20,950 nt of DNA from Octopus sinensis (GCF_006345805.1 NW_021823892.1:1-20950), one strand, 5' to 3'; numbered from the stretch's first letter, positions 10,296 to 20,734 are shown. Numbers and translations are program-made. The notes: generated from the sequence alone by a model not told the origin.

Positions 10296-10972
10296 GATGT
10301 TGTCGAAGTTGTGGATCGCTTTCTTTATTTCGGCAATTTGATTCTTAGCGGCATTAGCTGTGAGTCTGAAGTCCTAAAAGAGAATTGGACGAGTTGATGC
10401 AGTTGTAGAATCACCAAAAACAAGGGGGATTTTAGTGTTGCTGATATCTGAACAGGAGGACAAAATCTCGGGTTTTAGGCCTCTGGTTCTCCCTTCCTGC
10501 TCTGTTGTTGTGAGACGTAGACTCTGTCCAGAGCCTTTGGGATTCGCTTGAACTCTTTGATAGGAGGACACTCCACCGGATTATAGATTACCATTGTTGA
10601 GATTTAGTATCCAGCCAAAGACTAAGCTCACAAACACGGATACATCCTGTTACGAGTATTATTCGGGACCGCCAGGTCAGGCTGTTTTGTCATGTAGCTA
10701 AACTACCAAGTTAGACCCAGTTTACTGTGTTCTCTTCAGTGAGGATGCAAGTGGGTTGACAGCTCGTGTTGATCGACCACACACCTCATGGTCAGAGCAG
10801 ATGAGGAAGTATATCGCTGAGCTATTTTCTATATTTAACTCAAAGTATATCACTGGGTACCTTACTGGAACTCTGCTCGGCTGGTCACCTTGGAAGACCC
10901 AGAAATATACTAACAAATGGTGAATGCAACAACACATAACAACGGCCCATATCCCCTTGCTTGACCCGACTT
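10296..10972 (+). mobile_element. Decayed, 5'-truncated RTE-clade non-LTR retrotransposon (ORF2 C-terminus and 3' end)
   Basis: Frameshift-corrected translation: DVVEVVDRFLYFGNL..SCESEVLKRIG...YLNRRTKSRVFRPLVLPFLLCCCET*TLSR...FDRRTLHRII...TSIIRDRQVRLFCHVAKLP..DPVYCV...RPHTSWSEQM...EDPEIY*QMVNAT. These correspond to the RTE motifs EVVDxFxYLGS, YGCETWTL, LRWFGHVAR and GRPxxxW. Multiple stops and frameshifts. Confidence 0.85.
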
Positions 10973-11552
10973 GGTCTAAGTGGTATTGTACTGTGAGTGA
11001 GCGCGCGTGTGAGTGTTTTCATTCATGTGTGTGGGTGTTTTTTTCTGTGTACTTTAAAGAGTCCAGCAGAATTTGAGACATAATCGCATCAAAATATATA
11101 TGAATAACATCGAGATGCGGTGTTGTGTTTCTACGAATATGTTGTCCCTGTTAAAAACGAGACCAGTAACCTAACCAGCCGGAACAGAATGATGGAGTCG
11201 ATTTGAATTTATCCTGATTATATGTACTACCGAAGGAAAGTCAAAAGTTCTTTTATTGCGCATATCTTAGTAACTAAATGCAACAGGATTTTTTATCAAA
11301 TTATATTTAGCAATGGATATTGTAAATATAATGACTTTTCTAATATAATATACATCGTTAATGAGAATTGGTTTCCTCCAATCCTGTGCACTTTCCAGTG
11401 CTATGAATATGAAGTTAATTTTCCAATTTAATCACATACATTTCGTTTCCGGAATAATATCATATATATGTTACGTCTTCGATTTCGCTTCAACTGTTAA
11501 CTTCACGTGAAAGAAGTTCAAAACATACACCCACACCAAACACACAACGCAC

Positions 11553-11579
11553 ATATATATATATATATATATATATATA
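11553..11579. repeat. (TA)n microsatellite
   Basis: Direct periodicity. Confidence 0.95.
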
Positions 11580-11584
11580 GGGGG

Positions 11585-11768
11585 AGGAGAGTTACACGAA
11601 AAAAAAAACAAAAGACGAAGACAGGTGGTGTACAAAACAAACAGATGTATTAGTATAACGTTCAGAAATAGAAAATGTCTTTTACATTTCGAGCCTACGC
11701 TCATCTACAAAAAGAGACACAGATAAAAAACAAGGAGGGAAAAAAATGTGTGTAGTGGCTACCGATCT
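11585..11768 (-). mobile_element. Short dispersed repeat, probably a Penelope-like element terminal-repeat derivative
   Basis: Carries a hammerhead-like core and has the same layout as 20735-20935 (pyrimidine-rich leader, hammerhead, then CTG..CGT/CAT..TAATAC and a T-rich tail). Flanked by (TA)n on both sides. Family assignment is from recall. Confidence 0.5.
11679..11714 (-). ncRNA. Degenerate minimal type I hammerhead ribozyme motif (likely inactive)
   Basis: CUUU-UUGUAGA-U-GAGC-GUAG-GCUC-GAAA-UGUA-AAAG. Stem I CUUU/AAAG, stem II GAGC/GCUC, intact GAAA, GUA triplet. The core deviates from CUGANGA at two positions. Confidence 0.45.
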
Positions 11769-11771
11769 ATA

Positions 11772-11773
<2 letters not shown>

Positions 11774-11806
<33 letters not shown>
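11774..11806. repeat. (TA)n microsatellite
   Basis: Direct periodicity. Confidence 0.9.
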
Positions 11807-11807
<1 letters not shown>

Positions 11808-12126
11808 CACTTGGGATGGTCATTGGTTTGTCAAATAAAGACACACTCCATATATTCGCTTTTCACTTGTTTATTATTATTCGTATTTTATGTGCACGGT
11901 CTGGAAATCTTTTATCACACGCCCTGTGGTTTTTGTTTCAGCGATTTTCCATCCCACACGTCTCCCACTCCTCTGTTGAGTCCATTCCCTCTTTCTATGA
12001 TAGAAAATGGACATAAAGTAAGAACAATAATAAAACAAGTGGAGAACGAATATATATATATAATATACGAAATATAACAATAAACGATTTCACATCAGGA
12101 ATCTTGCAAAGCAAATGCATACAAGC

Positions 12127-12480
12127 ATATATATATATATATATATATATAACTCATTTGAGTTGTATTTTTCCTGCTTGCCTCAACAAACATTCATATA
12201 CCTATCTACATACATGCGTACATACATATATGCACATATTATATACATATATACATATATATATTATATACTTAATATATATATATATATCTATATATAT
12301 ATACATGTATATATATATTAATATAATATACATATATATATATACATACATATAAATATATATAATACATATAAATATACTATATATATACATACAATAA
12401 ACATATATATATACAATATATACATATATATATATACATAGATATATACGTGTATATAATAATATACATACATAATATAC

Positions 12481-12517
<37 letters not shown>

Positions 12518-12686
12518 TATGTAAATATATATATTTATATTATATATACATTATATATAATATATTTATATATATATATATGTATAGACAGATAAATGGA
12601 TATGTATGTCTGTATGTGTGTACAAACATACAGACACACATATATACATACACATATATATACATATATGTGTATATGTATATATA
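12127..12686. repeat. Long degenerate (TA)n/(TACA)n/(TATG)n block
   Basis: Direct periodicity. Confidence 0.9.
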
Positions 12687-13347
12687 CGCATGGCTTCTAC
12701 ATAAAGCGTCATACCAAATGCTTCGTAAGCGGTTTGCATTGAAATTTTAATAAATTTGATTAGTACGATATACACTGAAATCCATATTAAAATTTATTTC
12801 CGCTCAAATAGAAATTGAAGGAAAATACAAATACAAAAAGAAAAATTGAATGGTTGCGCAAAACGTAGATGTAAATACGTAATTTTAATATAATATTGAA
12901 AATATTTCTAAATTTAATTATATAAAATTACATTAAAAGAATATTTAGTCAAAATTCCATTTATGAATAAAAAAAAAATCTCCAAAACTCCATTGTAGGT
13001 CGGAATATTAACTGGAAAATGAAACCGAAATAAAATAATTATGATTTAACATCATACATTCTTACTAATAGACATGCTCACACATTTGCAACTCACATAC
13101 GCGTCTAAAGACACAGATATATCCACGTATCAGCTTTGGGTGAGTGTGATTTGTACCTGTCTATGTCTTCTTGTTACTGTGTATGTATATGTATATATTT
13201 AGTTGTATAACATAAATATACAGAAGGAAAGACAATGAGACAGTAAAATCTTGCATCTAGTCATGAGTAAGTAATATTAAAGAACCTTGTCAGACGGCGG
13301 CAGATACATATAAATATATATACACAGGTATAAATATATATATACAT

Positions 13348-13534
13348 AGGCGGCGAGCTGGCAGAAACGTTACCGCGCCGGGCGAAATGCCTTTCGTTAT
13401 TCGTCTGCCGCTTCGTTCTGAGTTCAAATTCCGTCGAGGTCGACTTTACTTTCATCCTTTCGGGGTCGATTGAATAAGTACCAGTTACGCACTGGGGTCG
13501 ATATAATAGACTTAATCCGTTTGTCTGTCCTTGT

Positions 13535-13535
<1 letters not shown>
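13348..13535 (+). mobile_element. SINE family A, 3'-truncated at a (TA)n array
   Basis: GGCGGCGAGCTGGCAGAAACG head, GAGTTCAAATTCC B box, and core through GTTTGTCTGTCCTTGTT; the last ~45 nt of the element are missing. Confidence 0.92.
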
Positions 13536-13599
<64 letters not shown>

Positions 13600-13646
13600 A
13601 TATATAGTATGTATATATATATGATGTATATATATATATAATATAT

Positions 13647-13693
<47 letters not shown>

Positions 13694-13711
13694 TATATAT
13701 ATATACATATA
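13536..13711. repeat. Long (TA)n array
   Basis: Direct periodicity. Confidence 0.95.
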
Positions 13712-13855
13712 TGCCGTTTTGAAATAGATACAAACAACAAGTAATATTCACTTTTGGAGTCAAATTTAAATGCGATATCTGTCGTAAATACAATGGTTTC
13801 GATGCATAGCGAGTAGCAGCTTATCTGACTGGCCGTTGGTTAGTATATGTATAAC

Positions 13856-13893
13856 ACAAAACAATAACAACAACAGCAACAACAATAACAACA
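13856..13893. repeat. (AAC)n/(AAT) microsatellite
   Basis: Direct periodicity. Confidence 0.85.
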
Positions 13894-15450
13894 AGGAAGG
13901 AGAAATATGATAGTGTTTTTGTTTTTTTAATATTCACTCAGGGTTCGCTAAATCTTTGGGGTCAGCAAGATCCCTATCTCTGTGTCTGTGTATACCTAAT
14001 CTATTATTTACACATGTAGGTGTGCTGATATAAAATATGCATTAGTAATCATCTTTTGCTTTCCATATAAACGAAAACCCAAAGCCGAATCATCATTCAG
14101 ATTTTCTGTTGAATCCGTTCATCGCGTCTATCATTTCAACATTAACGTTTTGTCTTTGATTATTTTTCTGTTGCTTTTTTTCTTTTCTTACTTGTTTATA
14201 TTCCATTGTTGTTCATTTGTGATCCCATATATCTATAAGCAAAATGGAAGACATACTAACAACATCTTCATACGCTTTACGCTGTTATTTATTTTCATTT
14301 TCTTGTGTGTGTTTGTATGATAGAATAAAACAATGCATACCCCTGTTCGGTTTCTTTATTGTTAGCTTCGTTTAAATTCTTTTCTTTTGTTGTATAGTTT
14401 CTAGTGCAATACGCCTCCTGAAACGAAACAAGCGATTTACTAACTTGATCAAGAGATTCGGGGTAGACAGACACAAGATAGACGGATGGGTACCGGAAGC
14501 GTCAATAATAATATTATGAACTATCTGGAAGGTGTTTTTTTTTTTTTGGTCTTTCTTTATATCTTTCTTTTCACCTTGCTTCTTGTATTCTAGATTTATC
14601 TCCTTAGAGATAGCGGTCAACGTGTAAGTTATAAACGGCAAATCGACTCGAAGTAATCAGAAGACACATCAATGGCCGTCAGCCATCTTGCAGATTGAAA
14701 CAAACGTTTTTTATTGTTTTGTTTATATGGTTTCTGCTTAGATTTATCAGTTACAACAGATGAGATTGTCGACACAAACGAAAGAGGTTTGCGATGTAGT
14801 ATTTTAGCGGTTTTATTTCTTTCTCTTCCTGCTTATAGCTTACTTGTTTATTCAATGATATAACGTAATTTTCATTTTCTCTCAGCCAAACAAAATCTTA
14901 CTTGAAGGCTTTCCTGACATTTTTTTGCTAACTATAAATATATCCTTTTTTTTTTTTTCGTTTTGACTTTTTTTGTTCATATCTTTCTTTGTTAATGTTT
15001 CCTCCTAGTTAGACAGGTATATGTCGGAGTGTACGTATAAGAAAATATAGCTGGGGAAATATATATAAAAGTACAAAACAAAAATTAGTTAATGGATTTA
15101 GCTGACCAAGCGAAGGCTTGACGATGCTTCTAGCTATTTCTAGGAATTTTTTTTTTTAGTTTGTTTCCTTTATATGTTTGCTTTAAACTTATTATTAGCA
15201 AACATGATTACTCAGTTCTTTTTTTTTTTTTGATTTGCCTTTTGTCCTTTGCTTGTTTATTTTTTTATTTCTGGTTTTGGCTCTATCAATGGACGTTGAT
15301 ATCACGATTCGAAATGGCCAAAATTACTTTAAGAAAGTAAAAGATCTGATAAGCACATACCCACGCACACACACCCATGAATACTAGAATTGGAGCATAT
15401 ATGTGCGTATGTACGTGTTAGCCTGTGTATGTTTGCGTTATAACAATGTA

Positions 15451-15558
15451 CATACATGAATACATACACACACATATATATATATATATGTATTTCTACA
15501 TTTATATATATATATACATATACATACACAATACATATACATTATATTGTGAGTATAC

Positions 15559-15601
<43 letters not shown>
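15451..15601. repeat. (TA)n/(TACA)n compound microsatellite
   Basis: Direct periodicity. Confidence 0.9.
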
Positions 15602-15605
<4 letters not shown>

Positions 15606-15883
15606 GTTTGTTGTGTTTAGGTGAGAATTATGACATATTAAGGGTATAAATGACATGCCCGCAAGTTCTTCATCTATCATCCTGCTGTTTGTCTCTTAAC
15701 AGAAGAAACCATAATGCGAAAACCTTACAATATCCTACACTAAGACTTTTTTGCTGTTATTTTCCTTCTTCTTTTTTTTGCGTTTAACTCTCTCCGTCCC
15801 GTTTCTTATCTTTCCTACCATTTTTCGGTTTTTCTGATTTCCCTTCTCAAACTAATGACATTATATTTACATACGCATGCGTT

Positions 15884-15884
<1 letters not shown>

Positions 15885-15916
<32 letters not shown>

Positions 15917-15990
15917 ACACATACACTCAAACAAACGTGCACACACCACACACAAATGTACACACATACCCACATATGTATGTATGTATG

Positions 15991-16025
<35 letters not shown>

Positions 16026-16039
16026 ATATATTTACGTAT
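15885..16039. repeat. (CA)n/(TATG)n/(TA)n compound microsatellite
   Basis: Direct periodicity. Confidence 0.9.
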
Positions 16040-16679
16040 ATTCGCGTATTTCATTCGTGCATATTTGCATAGAGAAAGGTAGATATATATTTATACATTG
16101 AAAAAAAAAGACTCGGTGGTTATTTGTGCATGCAAGAATATAGTGTATACACCACTTACACTCAGTCTGTAAAGGGATCCTTGTAATAGAAATATAATCA
16201 CATCCACACAAGCATCAAGGAAAAAATATATTTGGGAATATGGTAAGAAATATCTTACGAACAAAGCTGCAATTTTTGTAGGTCCGGGTGTAAAGGAAGA
16301 CCTTTCTTTCATTATAGCCGGTTTACGATAAAATATTCGGATATGTCACTTCTCATCGATTTTAGAAGACTTGTCAACTTTCTATAGTTCTCAAAGTCTG
16401 TAATGAAAGTCAAAATCCACCCAGCGTGTATTGTTTCTTTGATCACCTCCTCGAAATTAAATACATGGAATTACTATATTAGGAGCATATTTCTATGAAA
16501 TCCCCTTTATCTGATGTTGGTTTACTTGCAGTAAAGTACATATTCGTTTTTGATGACAAAAACCGAACGCATATGTATGGTTCTAAGAAAAAAGTGAACA
16601 CTAAATTGACATATAGCTTTTTGGTGGACAGCTTAGGTTTAAAGTATAAAACATATGCCAACGGTATGAAGGATAAAAG

Positions 16680-17464
16680 GGCGGCGAACTGGCAGAAACG
16701 TTAGCAGGCCGGGCGATATACTTAGCAGTATTTCATCTGCCGCTACGTTCCGAGTTCAAATTCCGCTGAGGTCGACGTTGCCATTCATCCTTTCGGGGTC
16801 GATTAAATAAATACCAGTTACGCACTGGGGTCGATATAATCGACTTAATCCATTTGTCTGTCCTTGTTTGTCTTCTCTGTGTTTATCCCCTTGTGGGTAG
16901 TAAAGAAATAGGTATTTCGTCTGCCGCTACGTTCTGACTTCAAATTCCGCCGAGGTCGACTTTGCCATTGATCGTTTCGGGGTCGATTAAATAAGTACCA
17001 GATACGCACTGGGGTCGATATAATCGACTTAGTCCGTTTGTCTGTCCTTGTTTGTCACCTTTATGTTTAGCCCCTTGTGGTTAGTAAAGAAATAGGTATT
17101 TCATCTGCCGCTACGTTCTGACTTCAAATTCCGCCGAGGTAGACTTTGCCATTCATCGTTTCGGGGTCGATTAAATAAATACCAGTTACGCACTGGGGTC
17201 GATATAATCGACTTAATCCATTTGTCTGTCCTTGTTTGTCCTCTCTCTGTTTATCCCCTTGTGGGTAGTAAAGAAATAGGTATTTCGTCTGCCGCTACGT
17301 TCTGACTTCAAATTCCGCCGAGGTCGACTTCGCCATTAATCCTTTCGGGGTCGATTAAATACGTACCAGATACGCACTGGGGTCGATATGATCGACTTAA
17401 TCCGTTCGTCTGTCCTTGTTTGTCCCCTCTGTGTTTAGCCCCCTGTGGGTCGTAAAGAAATAGG
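16680..17464 (+). mobile_element. Tetrameric SINE family A: one head plus four tandem 184-bp body units, flanked by a 17-bp TSD
   Basis: GTATTTC unit starts at 16728, 16912, 17096 and 17280 (period exactly 184). TSD GGTATGAAGGATAAAAG (16663-16679) / GGTTTGAAGGATAAAAG (17463-17479), 16/17 identical. Confidence 0.95.
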
Positions 17465-17786
17465 TTTGAAGGATAAAAGAGGATGATTTAGCTGCTCTTT
17501 TTTTAAAAGAGTTATGCAATTGTGGTTTGGTTAAGTTAAATATTCCTATCTGATCGTAAAATACGGAAAATAAACCACTCGCTATTTCTTGTAGCATCTC
17601 TGTCAATGACCTTACCACCTCTCTAGTATCAGGGACCGTTTTGGCTGTGGCGGGGGTTGTATAATTGTAAGGAAGTCAGTGTATTGTTGAAATATCACAC
17701 TTCGTTAACAATAATGATTCGAAGATATCTCTGTGGGTAAACCCATAACTCGTACGGATATAGATTACCCTGGTTGTCAGATTACA

Positions 17787-17850
17787 TCATTTCCCACTGG
17801 ACAGGGCGCCGGTCCATTGCAGTGATAATGTAGTCTTCGGGAACCACTGA
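17787..17850 (-). mobile_element. Old SINE remnant with V/Meta-type central motif
   Basis: Minus strand CTGCAATGGACCGGCGCCCTGTCCAGTGGG resembles the widespread SINE motif CTGCGATGGACTGGCG(T/A)CC(C/T)GTCCAGGG (recalled). Boundaries are uncertain. Confidence 0.5.
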
Positions 17851-19016
17851 ATACAATAAATGCAAAGACTGCTATGTCTGTTCATAATAAAATTTGGGTT
17901 ACTAGATCAAGCACTTTATAAGGTCGAAGCCTTTACTATTTGAAACCCGACAACTAATATTCAGTATCGAAAATTTCTTCAACAATATTTTACGTATTTT
18001 CTCAATAAAAAGGGGGCTGCTTTTGAATGCATTTGAACGCTGCATCATATTTTAGAGCTTCTATTTATCCCCAACGATCGAAAAGCATCCACAGAAGAAA
18101 TATGAAAGCATAAGACAGAAAAAAATCCTGAGAGTTGGTGAGGAGGTCATCTGAAAGTATTCCTTGAGTGATGATCGGAATATTTGTCGAGTGAAAATGT
18201 ATAGCTATATTGCAACAGAATATCTTACGAAAGGGTATCTCACTCACTAAACATGTACAATTATATTAATCTGTTTTGGACACCCAAATCTTCTACATTA
18301 CTTGTCATTTTGAAGTGTCTGCATATGTGATCCATTAACTTACTACATTCCAATACCGTTTGACATTCATATTAAAGCAATATATAATATCTTTACGAAA
18401 GATTGCTTTGAGTTAAATATAGAAAACAGCTCTGCTGTTAAATACATAAATAATGCATTATAAGCTAAAATTATATTAGTGGAATATTCCAATTAAAACT
18501 TTGGCCAAGAATAAAGTCAACAGCCCTGATATAGTTGTTCGGACAGAAAACAAGTATATTCATACAATTTCTTTAGCGTGTCGTAGCTAAGTGAAATAAT
18601 AAAAAAACGATAACAAACCAAAAATGAAAACCAACTGGTCAACAACTAAGATTAATCGAAGAGAAGAATATATTAAATAAATAAACAAAGAATGTAATAG
18701 ACAAGATAATAGATCTTTGTGTCTCCAGAGACATACGTCTAATAAACAGTGTCCACTCCTCAAAGTGGCTGACCACAAGGTTCCTTACCTGGCATGTAAT
18801 TTGATAATGCTATGAATTATCTTGAGGTACTTGTCAGGAGTTTTTCCCACCAAGAATTGATTTACTCGCGTAATGCTAGCAAAAGTATTTACCAAGATCT
18901 CCCATTCTTATGCACACTCAGCCACAGACACATTAAACTAACTTCTTTGCTAAGATATGTTTTTTATGAAGTATCATTTAAGAAATTAAGACAATAATCA
19001 AAATTATATAGAATAT

Positions 19017-19155
19017 TCTCTCTCTCCCCTCTGTCTCTCCTCTCTTTCCCTCTCCTCTTTTTCTCTCTCTCTCTCCTTTCTTTTCTTTTCTCTCCTCTCT
19101 TTTTCCTCTCCTCCTCGATTTCCTCTCTTTCTATCTCTACCTCCTCTCACTCTCT
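19017..19155. repeat. Degenerate (CT)n pyrimidine tract
   Basis: Nearly pure C/T on the plus strand. Confidence 0.9.
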
Positions 19156-19231
19156 GTATATATATAGATATTTAGAAATGTATATATATATATTTCCATA
19201 TATATAATTATATATATATGTTTATATGTAA

Positions 19232-19311
<80 letters not shown>

Positions 19312-19370
19312 GTGTGTGTGTGTGTGTGTTTGGATTATATATATGTATATATATATAGAGAGAGAGAGCG
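19156..19370. repeat. (TA)n(TG)n(TA)n(GA)n compound microsatellite
   Basis: Direct periodicity. Confidence 0.92.
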
Positions 19371-19488
19371 AGGGGGGAGGGGGAAATTACGTAATCATCT
19401 TCACGTAGGTTACAGCAGTTTCTGCTATAAGATACAGTGCACTCAGAGCTGAGTCCTTGTGCATCTCCTTACACCATCCTCGGTGCCT

Positions 19489-19514
19489 ACCACACACACA
19501 CACACACACACACA
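19489..19514. repeat. (CA)n microsatellite
   Basis: Direct periodicity. Confidence 0.95.
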
Positions 19515-20643
19515 CGTGGTCATTATCTCGTGCTAGGTACCAATTTTACCCCCTTCTGATAAATCATTGAACATAGTCATAAAACAACCAGCCCCAGGAG
19601 AAGTTTGAACCCAAGCATTTTGGAGAAGAAACACAAAGTATTTATTCCAGTGTAAAATTATTTCTGCCAACTTTCTACCCTTGTGAACATATTATGGTTG
19701 AAAAAAAGAGAAGTTGAACAAAGAAAAGAAAAACGATTCATCATAGGTACCGAATCGGAAACTGATTGAATCCACATCTTATCAAGCGAGGCAATAATTG
19801 AAAATTATGTCTATCGATAATCTTCTAATTCCATTGTAACAAATACATTTTCAGAGATATCAAAAGAGAAACTTTGATTTTACGTTTACCATCTAAGGTG
19901 GTTTCAGTGAGAGCAATAATGGTATTTTGTGAAAATATGGAAGTAAAATAAAAGAATTTGTAATCACAGTACAACTATTCTCTTTTTCAAACAAATATTT
20001 GTAATTAGAATTGTTGATAAGAACTTTTAAAAAGTTTTTTTTTTCTAAATTAATCATTCCTAATGTTCTCAAATTTCATTTTTATTTGTACTTCTTTTTG
20101 TTATTTTTTTTTAACAAAACATTCGCTACATTGTAGCAATTGTTATCTTTAAAGGTAATTCCTACATTTAAAAAGTCAACAAATAAAAAAAAAACGAAAT
20201 AAAATCTATGACTTCTTTTCATGGCACCAGACTGTGTGAAAATTAAGATAAAAATAATGTGAAAGCAGAATAAAAAAAAAATTGCTTTTTTTTTTTCATA
20301 TTTTAAATGAAATTTGAATGGGAAGAAAAATATGAAAGCAGAAATGACAAATAAAAAAAAAATTGAAAGGTGAGAACTCTGAAAGAGTAGAGGTGTAATG
20401 TAAATTTTCGTACCTCAATGACTTTTCAAATGTGACAATTTTATACACAAGTATAGTGAGTTCAAATTCCTTAGCAATTTATTGTGTATTAATGCAGTCA
20501 TTGTGACAGAATAATCTATCGGAAATGCGAAACAAATGTTCAGATTTCTACATCCAACCATAGTTTCATCCTTGTATCTATGACTTTTAATGTGGAACTT
20601 TATGTCTCAATGACTAACGAATGCAGCAGCATTCATCTGCTGA

Positions 20644-20732
20644 CCTATCTATCTATCTGTCTGTCTGTCTTTCTTTCCTTCTATTTATGTGTATATGACT
20701 ATATATGTATACCTGTATCTATATATATATTC
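20644..20732. repeat. (TCTA)n(TCTG)n/(TA)n compound microsatellite
   Basis: Direct periodicity, degenerate. Confidence 0.75.
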
Positions 20733-20734
20733 AA

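Noticed and set aside
13764-13810. FKCDICRK, resembling the start of a C2H2 zinc finger
   Set aside because: No downstream histidine pair, a stop after a few codons, and no tandem fingers.
16728-17463. 184-bp tandem array as CRISPR array or hammerhead retrozyme
   Set aside because: Units are contiguous SINE bodies with no unique spacers. No CUGANGA/GAAA core with compatible stems was found on either strand.
17782-17846. Apparent terminal coding exon on the minus strand (VPEDYIITAMDRRPVQWEMM*) behind a good acceptor
   Set aside because: All three frames are open for about 20 codons, and the GC-rich core matches a widespread SINE central motif, so a repeat remnant is the simpler explanation.
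2806-19452. Many ORFs rich in Y/I/M/C/V/H/T (e.g. 3921-4139, 5505-5846, 12104-12355, 15815-16054)
   Set aside because: They are translations of (TA)n, (TG)n, (CA)n and (TACA)n microsatellites, which lack stop codons by construction.
20170-20620. Short recurring motifs (TGAAAGCAGAA, AAATAAAAAAAAAA, CTCAATGACT, TCTATGACTT)
   Set aside because: Ten to eleven bp, AT-rich and irregularly spaced; not distinguishable from chance or very old decayed duplication.
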